In this document: positions 9,668-17,572 of the stretch, piece after piece
Layout: every line of letters starts with the position of its first letter
How positions within the stretch are numbered: position 1 is the first letter of the stretch
DNA from: Bacteroidota bacterium
GTDB taxonomy: Bacteria > Bacteroidota > Bacteroidia > AKYH767-A > 2013-40CM-41-45
NCBI GenBank assembly: GCA_043742705.1
Contig: JAYTXY010000145.1
Location: 1-44,550 of the forward strand
Reading direction: 5' to 3'
Length of the DNA stretch: 44,550 nt
Program-made: the position numbers and the translations under genes
Notes under the pieces: generated by a model
What the model saw: only the letters and a program-made list of their open reading frames with translations
Databases searched by the model: none
What the model was told of the DNA's origin: nothing

Positions 9668-10084
9668 ATGACAAACAGAACCTTTACCATGATAAAACCC
9701 GATGCTGTTGGAAACGGACACATCGGTCCTATTTTAGCCAAGATCAACGAAGCAGGTTTCCGCATCGTAGCAATGAAATACACGCATCTTGAACCTGAGA
9801 AAGCCGGATTGTTTTACGAAGTTCACAAAGCCCGTCCTTTTTACAATGATCTTGTGAAATACATGTCGTCAGGACCAATCGTGGCTGTCATTCTTGAAAA
9901 AGAAAATGCTGTGGAAGATTTCCGTAAGCTGATTGGCGCCACTGATCCTTCAAAAGCTGAGCCGGGAACCATTCGTAACCTGTTTGCAAAATCCATTGAA
10001 GCCAATGCTGTTCATGGAAGCGACAGCGATGAAAATGCTGACGTTGAAGGAAAATTTTTCTTCTCGCAGTTGGAGAGGTTTTAA
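9668..10084 (+). CDS. ndk: Nucleoside diphosphate kinase
   Basis: [20 protein letters not shown] and NAVHGSDS motifs; start set to ATG 9668. Confidence 0.97.
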   Translation: MTNRTFTMIKPDAVGNGHIGPILAKINEAGFRIVAMKYTHLEPEKAGLFYEVHKARPFYNDLVKYMSSGPIVAVILEKENAVEDFRKLIGATDPSKAEPGTIRNLFAKSIEANAVHGSDSDENADVEGKFFFSQLERF

Positions 10085-10088
10085 ATTC

Positions 10089-10116
10089 AGTTCTGAGTTC
10101 AAAGTTTAAAGTTAAC
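10089..10116. repeat. Heptamer array, AGTTCAA family
   Basis: AGTTCTG AGTTCAA AGTTTAA AGTTAAC just after the ndk stop. Confidence 0.8.
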
Positions 10117-10128
10117 GATGGACTTACT

Positions 10129-10425
10129 TCAGCAAAAAACAACTTCTTCGACCACCTCAGTTCCTGCTTCTGTATTCAGAAGTTTGATGATTTTTTCTTT
10201 TCCGTTGTGCAGTTCTTCGCGGAGTGAAGCAGAGTTCAGGTAGATAAATAATTTTTTTTCGCGCATAAAAATCCGAGTCGTGCGGTTTGAAACGGTTTTC
10301 CCCATCACCTTTTCCCAGGAACTCACTACACGGACTTCGTTTAACTTTCCATCGAGATGAAAAGTCTTTAACATGCCGTCAATGGCTTGTTTCAAAGTCT
10401 GATCGTTGGTACGTTTAACTGCCAT
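10129..10425 (-). CDS. DUF721 / DciA-family protein
   Basis: WEKVMGKTVSNRT..LNSASLREEL pattern; overlaps the recF 3' end; start set to ATG 10425. Confidence 0.85.
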   Translation of the reverse strand: MAVKRTNDQTLKQAIDGMLKTFHLDGKLNEVRVVSSWEKVMGKTVSNRTTRIFMREKKLFIYLNSASLREELHNGKEKIIKLLNTEAGTEVVEEVVFC

Positions 10426-11563
10426 GTGAAATGCTTTCAATTCTTTTTTCGACCTGCTCATTTTGCGGTGCAACCGTTCCATTCTTCACGACAAATGTCC
10501 TGATCTTAACATTAATGTCTTCAAAAATTTTCTCAACACGCTCAGGATGCGCATCCGTGATAAAGATTTGCCCGAAGTTTTCTTTGCTCACGAGTTCCAT
10601 TAATCGTTTCACACGAAGGTTGTCCAGCTTATCGAAAATATCATCGAGCAAGAGAATCGGTTTTACTTTTTTAACTTCTTTAATAAAATCAAATTGCGCA
10701 AGTTTGAGTGCGATCAGGAATGACTTCTGTTGTCCTTGTGAAGCGAAACGTTTTACCGGATGACCTTCAACGGTAAATATCAAGTCGTCCTTGTGAATAC
10801 CAACGGTCGTGAACTGCATGATACGATCCTTTTCCAGAGCAGCTTTCAACACGTTACAAAAATTTCCCTCGTGAAGATGTGACTCATAAATGACAGCGAC
10901 TTCTTCCCTTCCGTGAGAAATAAAACGATAATAATCCCTGAAAATGGGAAGGAAACTATTCACAAAATCGTGACGTTTGCTGTAAATTTTTTCCGCGAGC
11001 GTAATCAACTGCTCATCCCAGATTTCAAGCGATGCTTCATCAAACCTTCGTGACTGAGCAAATTGTTTCAGCAGTGCATTTCGTTGCGAAACTACTTTGT
11101 TGTAGTTGATGAGATCTTCGAGATAGCGTTTGTCAAACTGAGAAATGATGCTGTCAATAAATTTTCTCCGCTCTTCACTTCCTTCCGTGATAAGACTTGT
11201 ATCGGTTGGAGATATCATCACCACAGGCAGCAAACCAATATGATCAGCAAGGCGTTCATATTCTTTTTGATTGCGCTTGAAAATTTTCCGTTGATTTCTC
11301 TTCAGTCCGCAGTACACATTTTCCTCTTTGTTACCCACGGCAAACATTCCCTGCAACACAAAAAACTCACCATCATGCCTGATGTTCTGCGAATCAATCG
11401 GGTTGAAATAACTTTTGCAGATGGAGAGGTAATGGATAGCATCTAAGAGGTTGGTCTTCCCTTCTCCATTGCCGCCTACAAAGGTATTAGCATCCTCCGA
11501 AAAAACGAGTTCTGCGTCTTCGTAGTTTTTAAAATTAAGTAAAGAGAGTTTTTGTAAATACAC
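10415..11563 (-). CDS. recF: DNA replication and repair protein RecF
   Basis: NFKNY, Walker A GGNGEGKTN, ERRKFID, ASQGQQKS and LLLDD motifs. Confidence 0.97.
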   Translation of the reverse strand: MYLQKLSLLNFKNYEDAELVFSEDANTFVGGNGEGKTNLLDAIHYLSICKSYFNPIDSQNIRHDGEFFVLQGMFAVGNKEENVYCGLKRNQRKIFKRNQKEYERLADHIGLLPVVMISPTDTSLITEGSEERRKFIDSIISQFDKRYLEDLINYNKVVSQRNALLKQFAQSRRFDEASLEIWDEQLITLAEKIYSKRHDFVNSFLPIFRDYYRFISHGREEVAVIYESHLHEGNFCNVLKAALEKDRIMQFTTVGIHKDDLIFTVEGHPVKRFASQGQQKSFLIALKLAQFDFIKEVKKVKPILLLDDIFDKLDNLRVKRLMELVSKENFGQIFITDAHPERVEKIFEDINVKIRTFVVKNGTVAPQNEQVEKRIESISHGS

Positions 11564-11590
11564 ATGGCGAAGTTAGTTTATTGGTTGAAT

Positions 11591-11691
11591 AAGTAACGAA
11601 GTGACCAAGTGATTAAGTGACGAAGTAATGTGGGTCGGTAGGATTCAGATTTTTAACTTAATCACCTAATCACTTAGTCACCTCATCACTT
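11591..11691. repeat. Inverted pair of octamer arrays
   Basis: AAGTRA.. x5 (11591-11630) facing AC.TA.TC-like x4 (11656-11691). Confidence 0.8.
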
Positions 11692-11717
11692 TTACTAAAA
11701 AAAACACCAAAATCCTA

Positions 11718-11747
11718 TTGCACCGAACCGAAAAAAATCTATTTTTG
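11718..11747 (+). promoter_or_regulatory. Bacteroidota housekeeping promoter for the TPR-ribH operon
   Basis: TTG-N19-TATTTTTG. Confidence 0.65.
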
Positions 11748-11784
11748 CAACCTGTTTTAAAAATCTGAACAAAAAACTAAAAAT

Positions 11785-12462
11785 ATGGCAGAAAATAAGC
11801 CTGATCAGGAGTTTGACATCGCTGGAACCCTAAGCAAGACAGAACATTTTGTCAATCAGAATAAGAAAAGTCTTTCTATCATTGTGGGTGCTGTTGTACT
11901 TGCAGTTGGAGGATATCTTTTTTATGAGAACTCATACGTTGCCGGAAAGGAAAAAGAAGCTGAAGGTCAAATGTTTATGGCTGAACAATATTTCAAAGAG
12001 GATTCTTTGAAACTAGCCATTAACGGAGACGGAAATCATGTTGGTTTCGAAGAAATCATCAGTGAATATGGTGTAAGTCCTTCTGCGAATCTTGCTCACC
12101 TATATCTTGGCATGGCTTACCTGAAGCAAAAAAATTACGACCAGGCTATTGAGACTCTGAAAAGTTATAATCCAAGCGATCAGATTACTCCGTCACTTGC
12201 TTTAGGGGCGATTGGTGATGCTTACATGGAAAAGAACGAAACGGACGAAGCCATCAGTTACTATGAGAAGGCAACCAAGGAGAAACCGAATAACTTCACT
12301 ACTCCTGTCTTCATGATGAAACTCGCTGCGGCTCTTGAATCAAAAGGAAACTACAAAGAGTCGAAAGAGGTTTACGAAAAGATAAAGAAAGACTATCCGA
12401 CATCACAGGAATCTCAGCAAGCGGAAAAGTATATTGCCCGCGCTGAAGCGATGATACAATAA
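11785..12462 (+). CDS. Membrane-anchored tetratricopeptide repeat protein (YfgM-like)
   Basis: Single N-terminal TM helix followed by TPR-like helices (LAHLYLGMAY, ALGAIGDAY, EAISYYEKA); adjacent to ribH. Confidence 0.85.
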   Translation: MAENKPDQEFDIAGTLSKTEHFVNQNKKSLSIIVGAVVLAVGGYLFYENSYVAGKEKEAEGQMFMAEQYFKEDSLKLAINGDGNHVGFEEIISEYGVSPSANLAHLYLGMAYLKQKNYDQAIETLKSYNPSDQITPSLALGAIGDAYMEKNETDEAISYYEKATKEKPNNFTTPVFMMKLAAALESKGNYKESKEVYEKIKKDYPTSQESQQAEKYIARAEAMIQ

Positions 12463-12467
12463 CTCCC

Positions 12468-12561
12468 AGAGTCAAGACATTAGAACCAAGAGTCAAGACA
12501 ATCTTGATTCTTTCATCTATTTTCTATCATTCGTAAATTCGTATTTATTCGTAATTCGTAG
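12468..12561. repeat. AGA.TCA heptamer array followed by a 33-nt ATTCGTA module
   Basis: AGAGTCA AGACATT AGAACCA AGAGTCA AGAC at 12468-12499; module 12529-12561 abuts the ribH ATG. Confidence 0.8.
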
Positions 12562-13062
12562 ATGTCGTCTTCCAAAAAAAACCTCTCCTCTTTCGATCCG
12601 TCTTCTGTTCCGAATGCGGCTAAGATGAAAATCGGCATTGTTGTTTCAGAATGGAACGCTGAGATCACGGAAAAACTTTTTGAAGGAACTTACGAAACGC
12701 TGCTTTCTGCAGGCTGCAAAAAAGAAAACATCATCCGGAAAAGTGTTCCGGGCAGTTTTGAACTTCCCACAGGTGCAATGCTTTTTGCTGAATACGAAGA
12801 CGTTGATGCGGTGATTTGTCTGGGATGTGTGATACAAGGCGAAACAAGACACTTTGAGTTCATTTGTAATGCCGTGTCGAAAGGTTTGGTTGACCTCGCT
12901 GTGAAGTTTGGAATGCCGTTTATTTTTGGTGTGCTCACCACCGATAATCCGGAACAGGCAACAGCAAGATCAGGTGGAAAGCATGGTAATAAAGGGATTG
13001 AAGCAGCAGTGACCGCCATGAAAATGGTGTCGTTGCAACAGGAATTTGAGAGCAGAAAATAA
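12562..13062 (+). CDS. ribH: 6,7-dimethyl-8-ribityllumazine synthase
   Basis: VVSEWN, VPGSFELP, LGCVIQGETRHF, FGVLT and HGNKG motifs. Confidence 0.97.
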   Translation: MSSSKKNLSSFDPSSVPNAAKMKIGIVVSEWNAEITEKLFEGTYETLLSAGCKKENIIRKSVPGSFELPTGAMLFAEYEDVDAVICLGCVIQGETRHFEFICNAVSKGLVDLAVKFGMPFIFGVLTTDNPEQATARSGGKHGNKGIEAAVTAMKMVSLQQEFESRK

Positions 13063-13063
13063 G

Positions 13064-13094
13064 TTTGAAGAAAAATATTATCTTTCTATCTTTG
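13064..13094 (+). promoter_or_regulatory. Consensus Bacteroidota promoter for the tRNA cluster
   Basis: TTTG-N19-TATCTTTG, 15 nt upstream of tRNA-Ser. Confidence 0.8.
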
Positions 13095-13109
13095 CCGCCC
13101 TTGATTTTC

Positions 13110-13196
13110 GGAGAGATGCCTGAGAGGCCGAAAGGAACAGTTTGCTAAACTGTCGTACGGGAAACCGTACCGAGGGTTCGAATCCCTCTCTCTCCG
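13110..13196 (+). tRNA. tRNA-Ser(GCT)
   Basis: Acceptor stem GGAGAGA/TCTCTCC, anticodon arm ACAGT-TTGCTAA-ACTGT, long variable arm, GGTTCGAATCC T arm; CCA not encoded. Confidence 0.97.
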
Positions 13197-13282
13197 CGCT
13201 CGTTGAAAATAAATTTTGGTAAGAGAGTTTACCAAGCGTTCTTTGTAAAATTATTCCGTCATTGCACTGCAATGACATCGTT

Positions 13283-13357
13283 CGGGGTGTAGCGTAGTCC
13301 GGTTATCGCGTCTGGTTTGGGACCAGGAGGTCGCAGGTTCGAATCCTGCCACCCCGA
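13283..13357 (+). tRNA. tRNA-Pro(TGG)
   Basis: Acceptor stem CGGGGTG/CACCCCG, anticodon arm TCTGG-TTTGGGA-CCAGG, T arm GCAGG-TTCGAAT-CCTGC. Confidence 0.97.
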
Positions 13358-13372
13358 CTTTTTTTTCAAATG

Positions 13373-13458
13373 TGCTAATTTGAAAATTTGATGATTTGAT
13401 AATTGCTTTTCGTTTTCATTTCATTATCAAATTATCAAATCAACTAATTATCAAATTG
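13373..13458. repeat. Inverted pair of octamer arrays between tRNA-Pro and tRNA-Arg
   Basis: AATTTGAT-like units (13373-13405) facing ATCAAATT-like units (13421-13458). Confidence 0.75.
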
Positions 13459-13464
13459 ACTTCC

Positions 13465-13538
<74 letters not shown>

Positions 13539-13559
13539 CTTTGTTTTCTTTTCATTTGA

Positions 13560-13820
13560 ATGTTTACAGTTTATATTTTATTTTCAACCAAAAGAAACTC
13601 ATATTACGCAGGATATACTTCTGAAAAGATCGAAGAGAGAATTCGTAAACATATTTCAAATCATTCTGGTTTTACAGGTGGGATTGATGATTGGAAACTT
13701 CTTCACTCAGAAAACTTTGACAAAAAATCAAATGCTATCATGAGAGAAAAGGAAATCAAAAACTGGAAAAGCAGAAAAATGCTTGAAAAACTTATCGCGG
13801 ATGGAGCATCCCGATTCTAA
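13560..13820 (+). CDS. Stand-alone GIY-YIG nuclease (UPF0213/YhbQ-like, 86 aa)
   Basis: VYIL..YYAGYT motifs, R..KH helix, GFT..W.L and A..REKEIK with the presumed catalytic Glu. Confidence 0.92.
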   Translation: MFTVYILFSTKRNSYYAGYTSEKIEERIRKHISNHSGFTGGIDDWKLLHSENFDKKSNAIMREKEIKNWKSRKMLEKLIADGASRF

Positions 13821-13860
13821 TCGGGAAGGCCATTGGTTCGAATCCAATCGGAATCACTTT
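13799..13860 (+). pseudogene. Partial second copy of tRNA-Arg (D loop to 3' end) with a replaced anticodon arm
   Basis: 13827-13860 is 33/34 identical to 13509-13542; 13799-13808 is 9/10 identical to 13482-13491; no 5' acceptor strand. Confidence 0.85.
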
Positions 13861-13864
13861 TACT

Positions 13865-13892
13865 GAATTTCGAATTTTGGATTTCGAATTTT
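13865..13892. repeat. Heptamer array G.ATTT(C/T) x4
   Basis: GAATTTC GAATTTT GGATTTC GAATTTT directly after the tRNA-like copy. Confidence 0.75.
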
Positions 13893-13938
13893 TCGTTAAC
13901 AATCTCATATCCTAATTTGCAGTTCGCAATTCTAACCA

Positions 13939-14286
13939 ATGAAATACTTCATCTACAAAGAAGGTCAATTACTTGAAGTCGCAGAAGAAGACTATGTCGA
14001 CTGGGAACAACATGAAATGCCGAAATCTTTTCTTCCTGATTACGAAAGAAAGATCGGAGATTTTCTTTTCAGCCTTGACACAATTTTTGTCGGACAGTTT
14101 GATGAGGACGAAGATCCTCTACCTTTTATCCTCATTTATTTCTGGGACGATTTAAGTGTGCATGACGAAGGTGTTGCACGAAGAGTGAAGGATGAAAAAA
14201 TAGAATACTTCGCTTCACTTGAAGAATTAGTTTCAAGACGAAAAGAACTAATTCAACAGGTCGAAGAAGGAAAGATGTTTGCGTGA
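13939..14286 (+). CDS. Hypothetical acidic protein
   Basis: 115-aa ORF with ATG start; about 29 D/E versus 13 K/R by hand count; no family recognised. Confidence 0.7.
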   Translation: MKYFIYKEGQLLEVAEEDYVDWEQHEMPKSFLPDYERKIGDFLFSLDTIFVGQFDEDEDPLPFILIYFWDDLSVHDEGVARRVKDEKIEYFASLEELVSRRKELIQQVEEGKMFA

Positions 14287-14441
14287 ACTAATAGGGAACC
14301 TCGTCTTCTTCTCACTTTTTATTTTTGACTTTTAGCTTAACTACCCGTGTTATTGGGTATATAAAATACCCATCATCAGGGATGGTTGCGCTCTTATATT
14401 TTTCACACTTTTGCCTTAAACAAATTCTAAACACCCGCACC

Positions 14442-15755
14442 ATGAAAAAAATCTTTACTCTTTCAATTTCTATTTTCCTTTTCTCTTTTATCGCGAATGC
14501 ACAGTGGGTTCCTGCAGGAAGCGGCATGGATGCATACGTGTGGGGATCCGCAGTCTATAATAATGAACTTTATGCTTGTGGAAATTTTGAACATGCCGAT
14601 GGAAATCCTGCACTTGCAATTGCGAGATGGAATGGTTTATCATGGAGTGATGTTGGTGGGGGATTTCAGCAAGGAGCATCAAGTTATGTTGTGAACAGCA
14701 TGATTGTTTTTAACAATGAATTGATAGCAGGTGGATACGTTGATTCTGTAGCAGGCATCGCGATTCACAAAGTAGCGAAATGGAACGGCACAAACTGGAG
14801 TCCTGTTGGAATGGATTGTCCGATTGGTACCGTCAATTGTTTTGCAATTCACAACGGAGAATTGTATGCAGGAGGAAGTGGTTCGGGTGCCGGAAATCAT
14901 GGAGTTGCCAAATGGAATGGTAGCAATTGGATCGCGTTGGATAATGGCTCCGGTAACATCAATGTATTTTCACTGGCATCTTACAATGGAGAATTGTATG
15001 CTGCGGGAACTATTTCCAACATTGACGGTGTCAGTGTTAATCTTATTGCGAAATGGAATGGCACAACCTGGAGTGATGTAAGCGGTGGATTAACCGGCGG
15101 TTTTATTCATGTTGTAAGAGCTTTGGCTGTGTTCAATAGTAAATTATATGTCGGTGGAAATTTCACAATGGCAGGAAGCGTTGCCGTCAATCATATTGCA
15201 TCGTGGGATGGCTCAGTTTGGGCTGATGTAAACGGAGGTATCGGAGGAAGCACAGCCATCGTGCAGTCATTTCTGCCGGCTGCAAATAAATTATTTGTCG
15301 GAGGAACTTATTGGACAGTAAATAGTGTGACCGCAAACCGGGCCGCTTATTGGGATGGAACTTCGTGGACAGTATTGGGAACAGATTTGTCAGCTGGTGC
15401 CCGAACACAAGCTATTTACAATGGCGAATTATATTCTTTAGGTGAACAAGCCGGTAGCGGACAGAACTATACAGCAAAATGGACAGGTGGAACTTTTACA
15501 GGTATCAACAAAAACATATTAAATCGCATTTCCACTTATCCTAATCCTGTAACGAATGAATTAAAAATTGATAACTCCGAATTTAGAATTAAAGAAGTTG
15601 AAATCTGTGATGCATTCGGAAAGAACGTAAGGCATATTGAGATAAACTCTATCTCTTCAATTATCTCTATTGATGTTTCGGAAATTGCAAACGGAGTTTA
15701 TTTTATTTCAAGTAACAATTCTCTCGTTAAGCAAAGATTTGTGGTTCAACGATAA
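14442..15755 (+). CDS. T9SS-secreted beta-propeller repeat protein
   Basis: Signal peptide MKKIFT..ANAQ; seven W(N/D/T)G..W-type repeats; C-terminal YPNP..GVYFI..RFVV type A sorting domain; start set to ATG 14442. Confidence 0.88.
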   Translation: MKKIFTLSISIFLFSFIANAQWVPAGSGMDAYVWGSAVYNNELYACGNFEHADGNPALAIARWNGLSWSDVGGGFQQGASSYVVNSMIVFNNELIAGGYVDSVAGIAIHKVAKWNGTNWSPVGMDCPIGTVNCFAIHNGELYAGGSGSGAGNHGVAKWNGSNWIALDNGSGNINVFSLASYNGELYAAGTISNIDGVSVNLIAKWNGTTWSDVSGGLTGGFIHVVRALAVFNSKLYVGGNFTMAGSVAVNHIASWDGSVWADVNGGIGGSTAIVQSFLPAANKLFVGGTYWTVNSVTANRAAYWDGTSWTVLGTDLSAGARTQAIYNGELYSLGEQAGSGQNYTAKWTGGTFTGINKNILNRISTYPNPVTNELKIDNSEFRIKEVEICDAFGKNVRHIEINSISSIISIDVSEIANGVYFISSNNSLVKQRFVVQR

Positions 15756-15792
15756 TATATAGACTGCTGATTTTTTTTATCTTCGGAGCGAA

Positions 15793-16179
15793 ATGATCCT
15801 GGCTAAGAAAAAATATTTCCAACCACTTAAGAAAGCAACATGGCTGACAGCAGCGTTGTTTTATTTCTGCTTTTTTTTTGGTGAGTCGTACGGAAATACC
15901 GTTTCGAAGACAGGTGAAGAAACAACGTTTACTTCTATCTCGTCTTTTGCGAATGGAGAATCCATTATCATCGCAAGTCCGGGAGTTCCGGCTGCAGCCT
16001 GCGTAACAAAGAGCAACACTCATTCAACCCAGGGTTCTAATGAGCAAGGATTTTCAAACCCGAGTTATCATTCTTCTTTTTCAGAAAAATAATTTTTCAA
16101 TTTTTCTTCCCAAAAACTTTTTTATCACAGGCAATTTGCATTGCGTTTGCATCTTGCGTTTTGTGTCTTCCTGATCTGA
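15793..16179 (+). pseudogene. Signal-peptide ORF with an internal in-frame TAA (16090-16092); possible pseudogene or leader protein
   Basis: Frame continues after the TAA as FFNFSSQKLFYHRQFALRLHLAFCVFLI* to TGA 16177-16179. Confidence 0.5.
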
Positions 16180-16262
16180 TTCCTGATTTTTATTATTCAG
16201 AAACTGTTTTAGCATTCTGCTGGAAATTCATATCGAAATAAGGATTGAACTTCTCTTTGCGA

Positions 16263-16349
16263 ATCTTTGTGGTTCTAAGTGATCTTAGTGTCTTAGTGGT
16301 TAAATTTTTTATCACGCAGACACTAAGAGCACTAAGTTTCACTAAGAAT
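16263..16349. repeat. Imperfect inverted repeat built from CTTAGTG units (REP-like)
   Basis: Four CTTAGTG-like units with spacers 3,2,1 mirrored by four CACTAAG-like units. Confidence 0.8.
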
Positions 16350-16433
16350 TATTTACAAAATGAACCTGAAACAGCTGCCAACTATTTCATCAAACCAATA
16401 AGTCAGTATTTAATTTCAAAAGCATTTAATCAA

Positions 16434-16544
16434 ATGGAACAAAATTCAGAAAATAATAAAGAGAAAAACGGATTGTTATTTCCCATCGTATTTGTAGGAG
16501 GTTCAATCGTTTTATTGATCGTCATTAAACTAATCATCTCTTAA
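16434..16544 (+). CDS. Small single-pass membrane protein (36 aa)
   Basis: ATG after an A-rich leader; MEQNSENNKEKN followed by the hydrophobic helix GLLFPIVFVGGSIVLLIVI. Confidence 0.55.
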   Translation: MEQNSENNKEKNGLLFPIVFVGGSIVLLIVIKLIIS

Positions 16545-16603
16545 AAAATAAGGTACGTCTTTGTTTAATCACAAAGGCTTACCTTTATAAAACACAGCAA
16601 GTC

Positions 16604-17572
16604 ATGAATCCACTCTACCAGGTATTGATTCAGAATTTCGTAAAGCAACGTGCGAAGAAACACGGAGAACAACCACATCAACCTAACCTGAAAGACAGAG
16701 TCATTTTTAAAATTCATTTCCGCAGGCAACTCGTTGACGGTTCACTCATCATTCTTGGAATGCTTTCCGCGGGATTGGGATTAAAAGGCTTTCTCCTTCC
16801 GAATGGTTTTATTGACGGAGGTGTTACCGGAATCTCGTTACTGGTCGCTGAAATCTCAGGATGGTCGCTATCGGCATTAATCATCGTAATTAACATTCCA
16901 TTTATTTTTCTTGGATACAGGCAAATTGATAAAGTATTTGCATTTAAAACACTTACTGCAATTCTTGGTTTAGCTGTGTGCTTACTTCTCATTCCATATC
17001 CTGTTGTTACTTCCGATAAATTATTGGTGGCAGTTTTCGGAGGATTTTTTCTTGGCTCAGGAATCGGATTGGCTATGCGAGGTGGCGGAGTCATTGACGG
17101 AACAGAGATTCTCGCAGTTACATTGAGTAAAAAATTAAGCATCACGATCGGAGATGTAATCCTGATCATCAACATTATCATTTTTTCTGTGGCTGCATTC
17201 GTACTTTCCTTTGAACAGGCGTTGTACTCAATTCTAACCTACTTGTCCGCAGCGAAAACCGTAGACTTCCTGATCTCCGGTCTTGAAGAATACACCGGTG
17301 TGACCATCATCTCTTCACGCAGTGATGAAATCCGGAAGATGATTACGAAAGATCTTCGAAGAGGAGTTACTCTGTATAAAGGCAAGCGTGGATTCGGAAC
17401 ACACGGTCATCAACTGGATGATACTGATATTGTATTCACCGTAATTACACGACTTGAAGTTGCAAAATTAAAAGCGGAAATTGAAAAGATCGATATGCAG
17501 GCGTTTGTGGTAATGCACAGCATCAAGGATACGAAGGGCGGAATGATTAAGAAGAGACCGCTGGAGCATTAA
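16604..17572 (+). CDS. YitT family membrane protein (DUF161 + DUF2179)
   Basis: FLLPNGFIDGGVTGIS, GGGVIDGTEILA, RGVT..G.RG and EKID..AFV motifs. Confidence 0.92.
   Translation: MNPLYQVLIQNFVKQRAKKHGEQPHQPNLKDRVIFKIHFRRQLVDGSLIILGMLSAGLGLKGFLLPNGFIDGGVTGISLLVAEISGWSLSALIIVINIPFIFLGYRQIDKVFAFKTLTAILGLAVCLLLIPYPVVTSDKLLVAVFGGFFLGSGIGLAMRGGGVIDGTEILAVTLSKKLSITIGDVILIINIIIFSVAAFVLSFEQALYSILTYLSAAKTVDFLISGLEEYTGVTIISSRSDEIRKMITKDLRRGVTLYKGKRGFGTHGHQLDDTDIVFTVITRLEVAKLKAEIEKIDMQAFVVMHSIKDTKGGMIKKRPLEH

Noticed and set aside
13078-13278. 66-aa minus-strand ORF (AEREGFEPS...)
   Set aside because: It is the antisense translation of tRNA-Ser, a common false ORF.
13799-13860. Second tRNA-like sequence as a functional fourth tRNA
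   Set aside because: No 5' acceptor strand or complete D arm, a non-canonical anticodon arm, and overlap with the GIY-YIG coding sequence.
16090-16092. Selenocysteine or pyrrolysine recoding at the internal stop
   Set aside because: The codon is TAA, not TGA or TAG, and TAA is used as a normal stop throughout the window.
16245-16433. N-terminal 63 codons of the tracked 99-aa ORF
   Set aside because: TTG start running through the CTTAGTG inverted repeat; ATG 16434 is a more plausible start.
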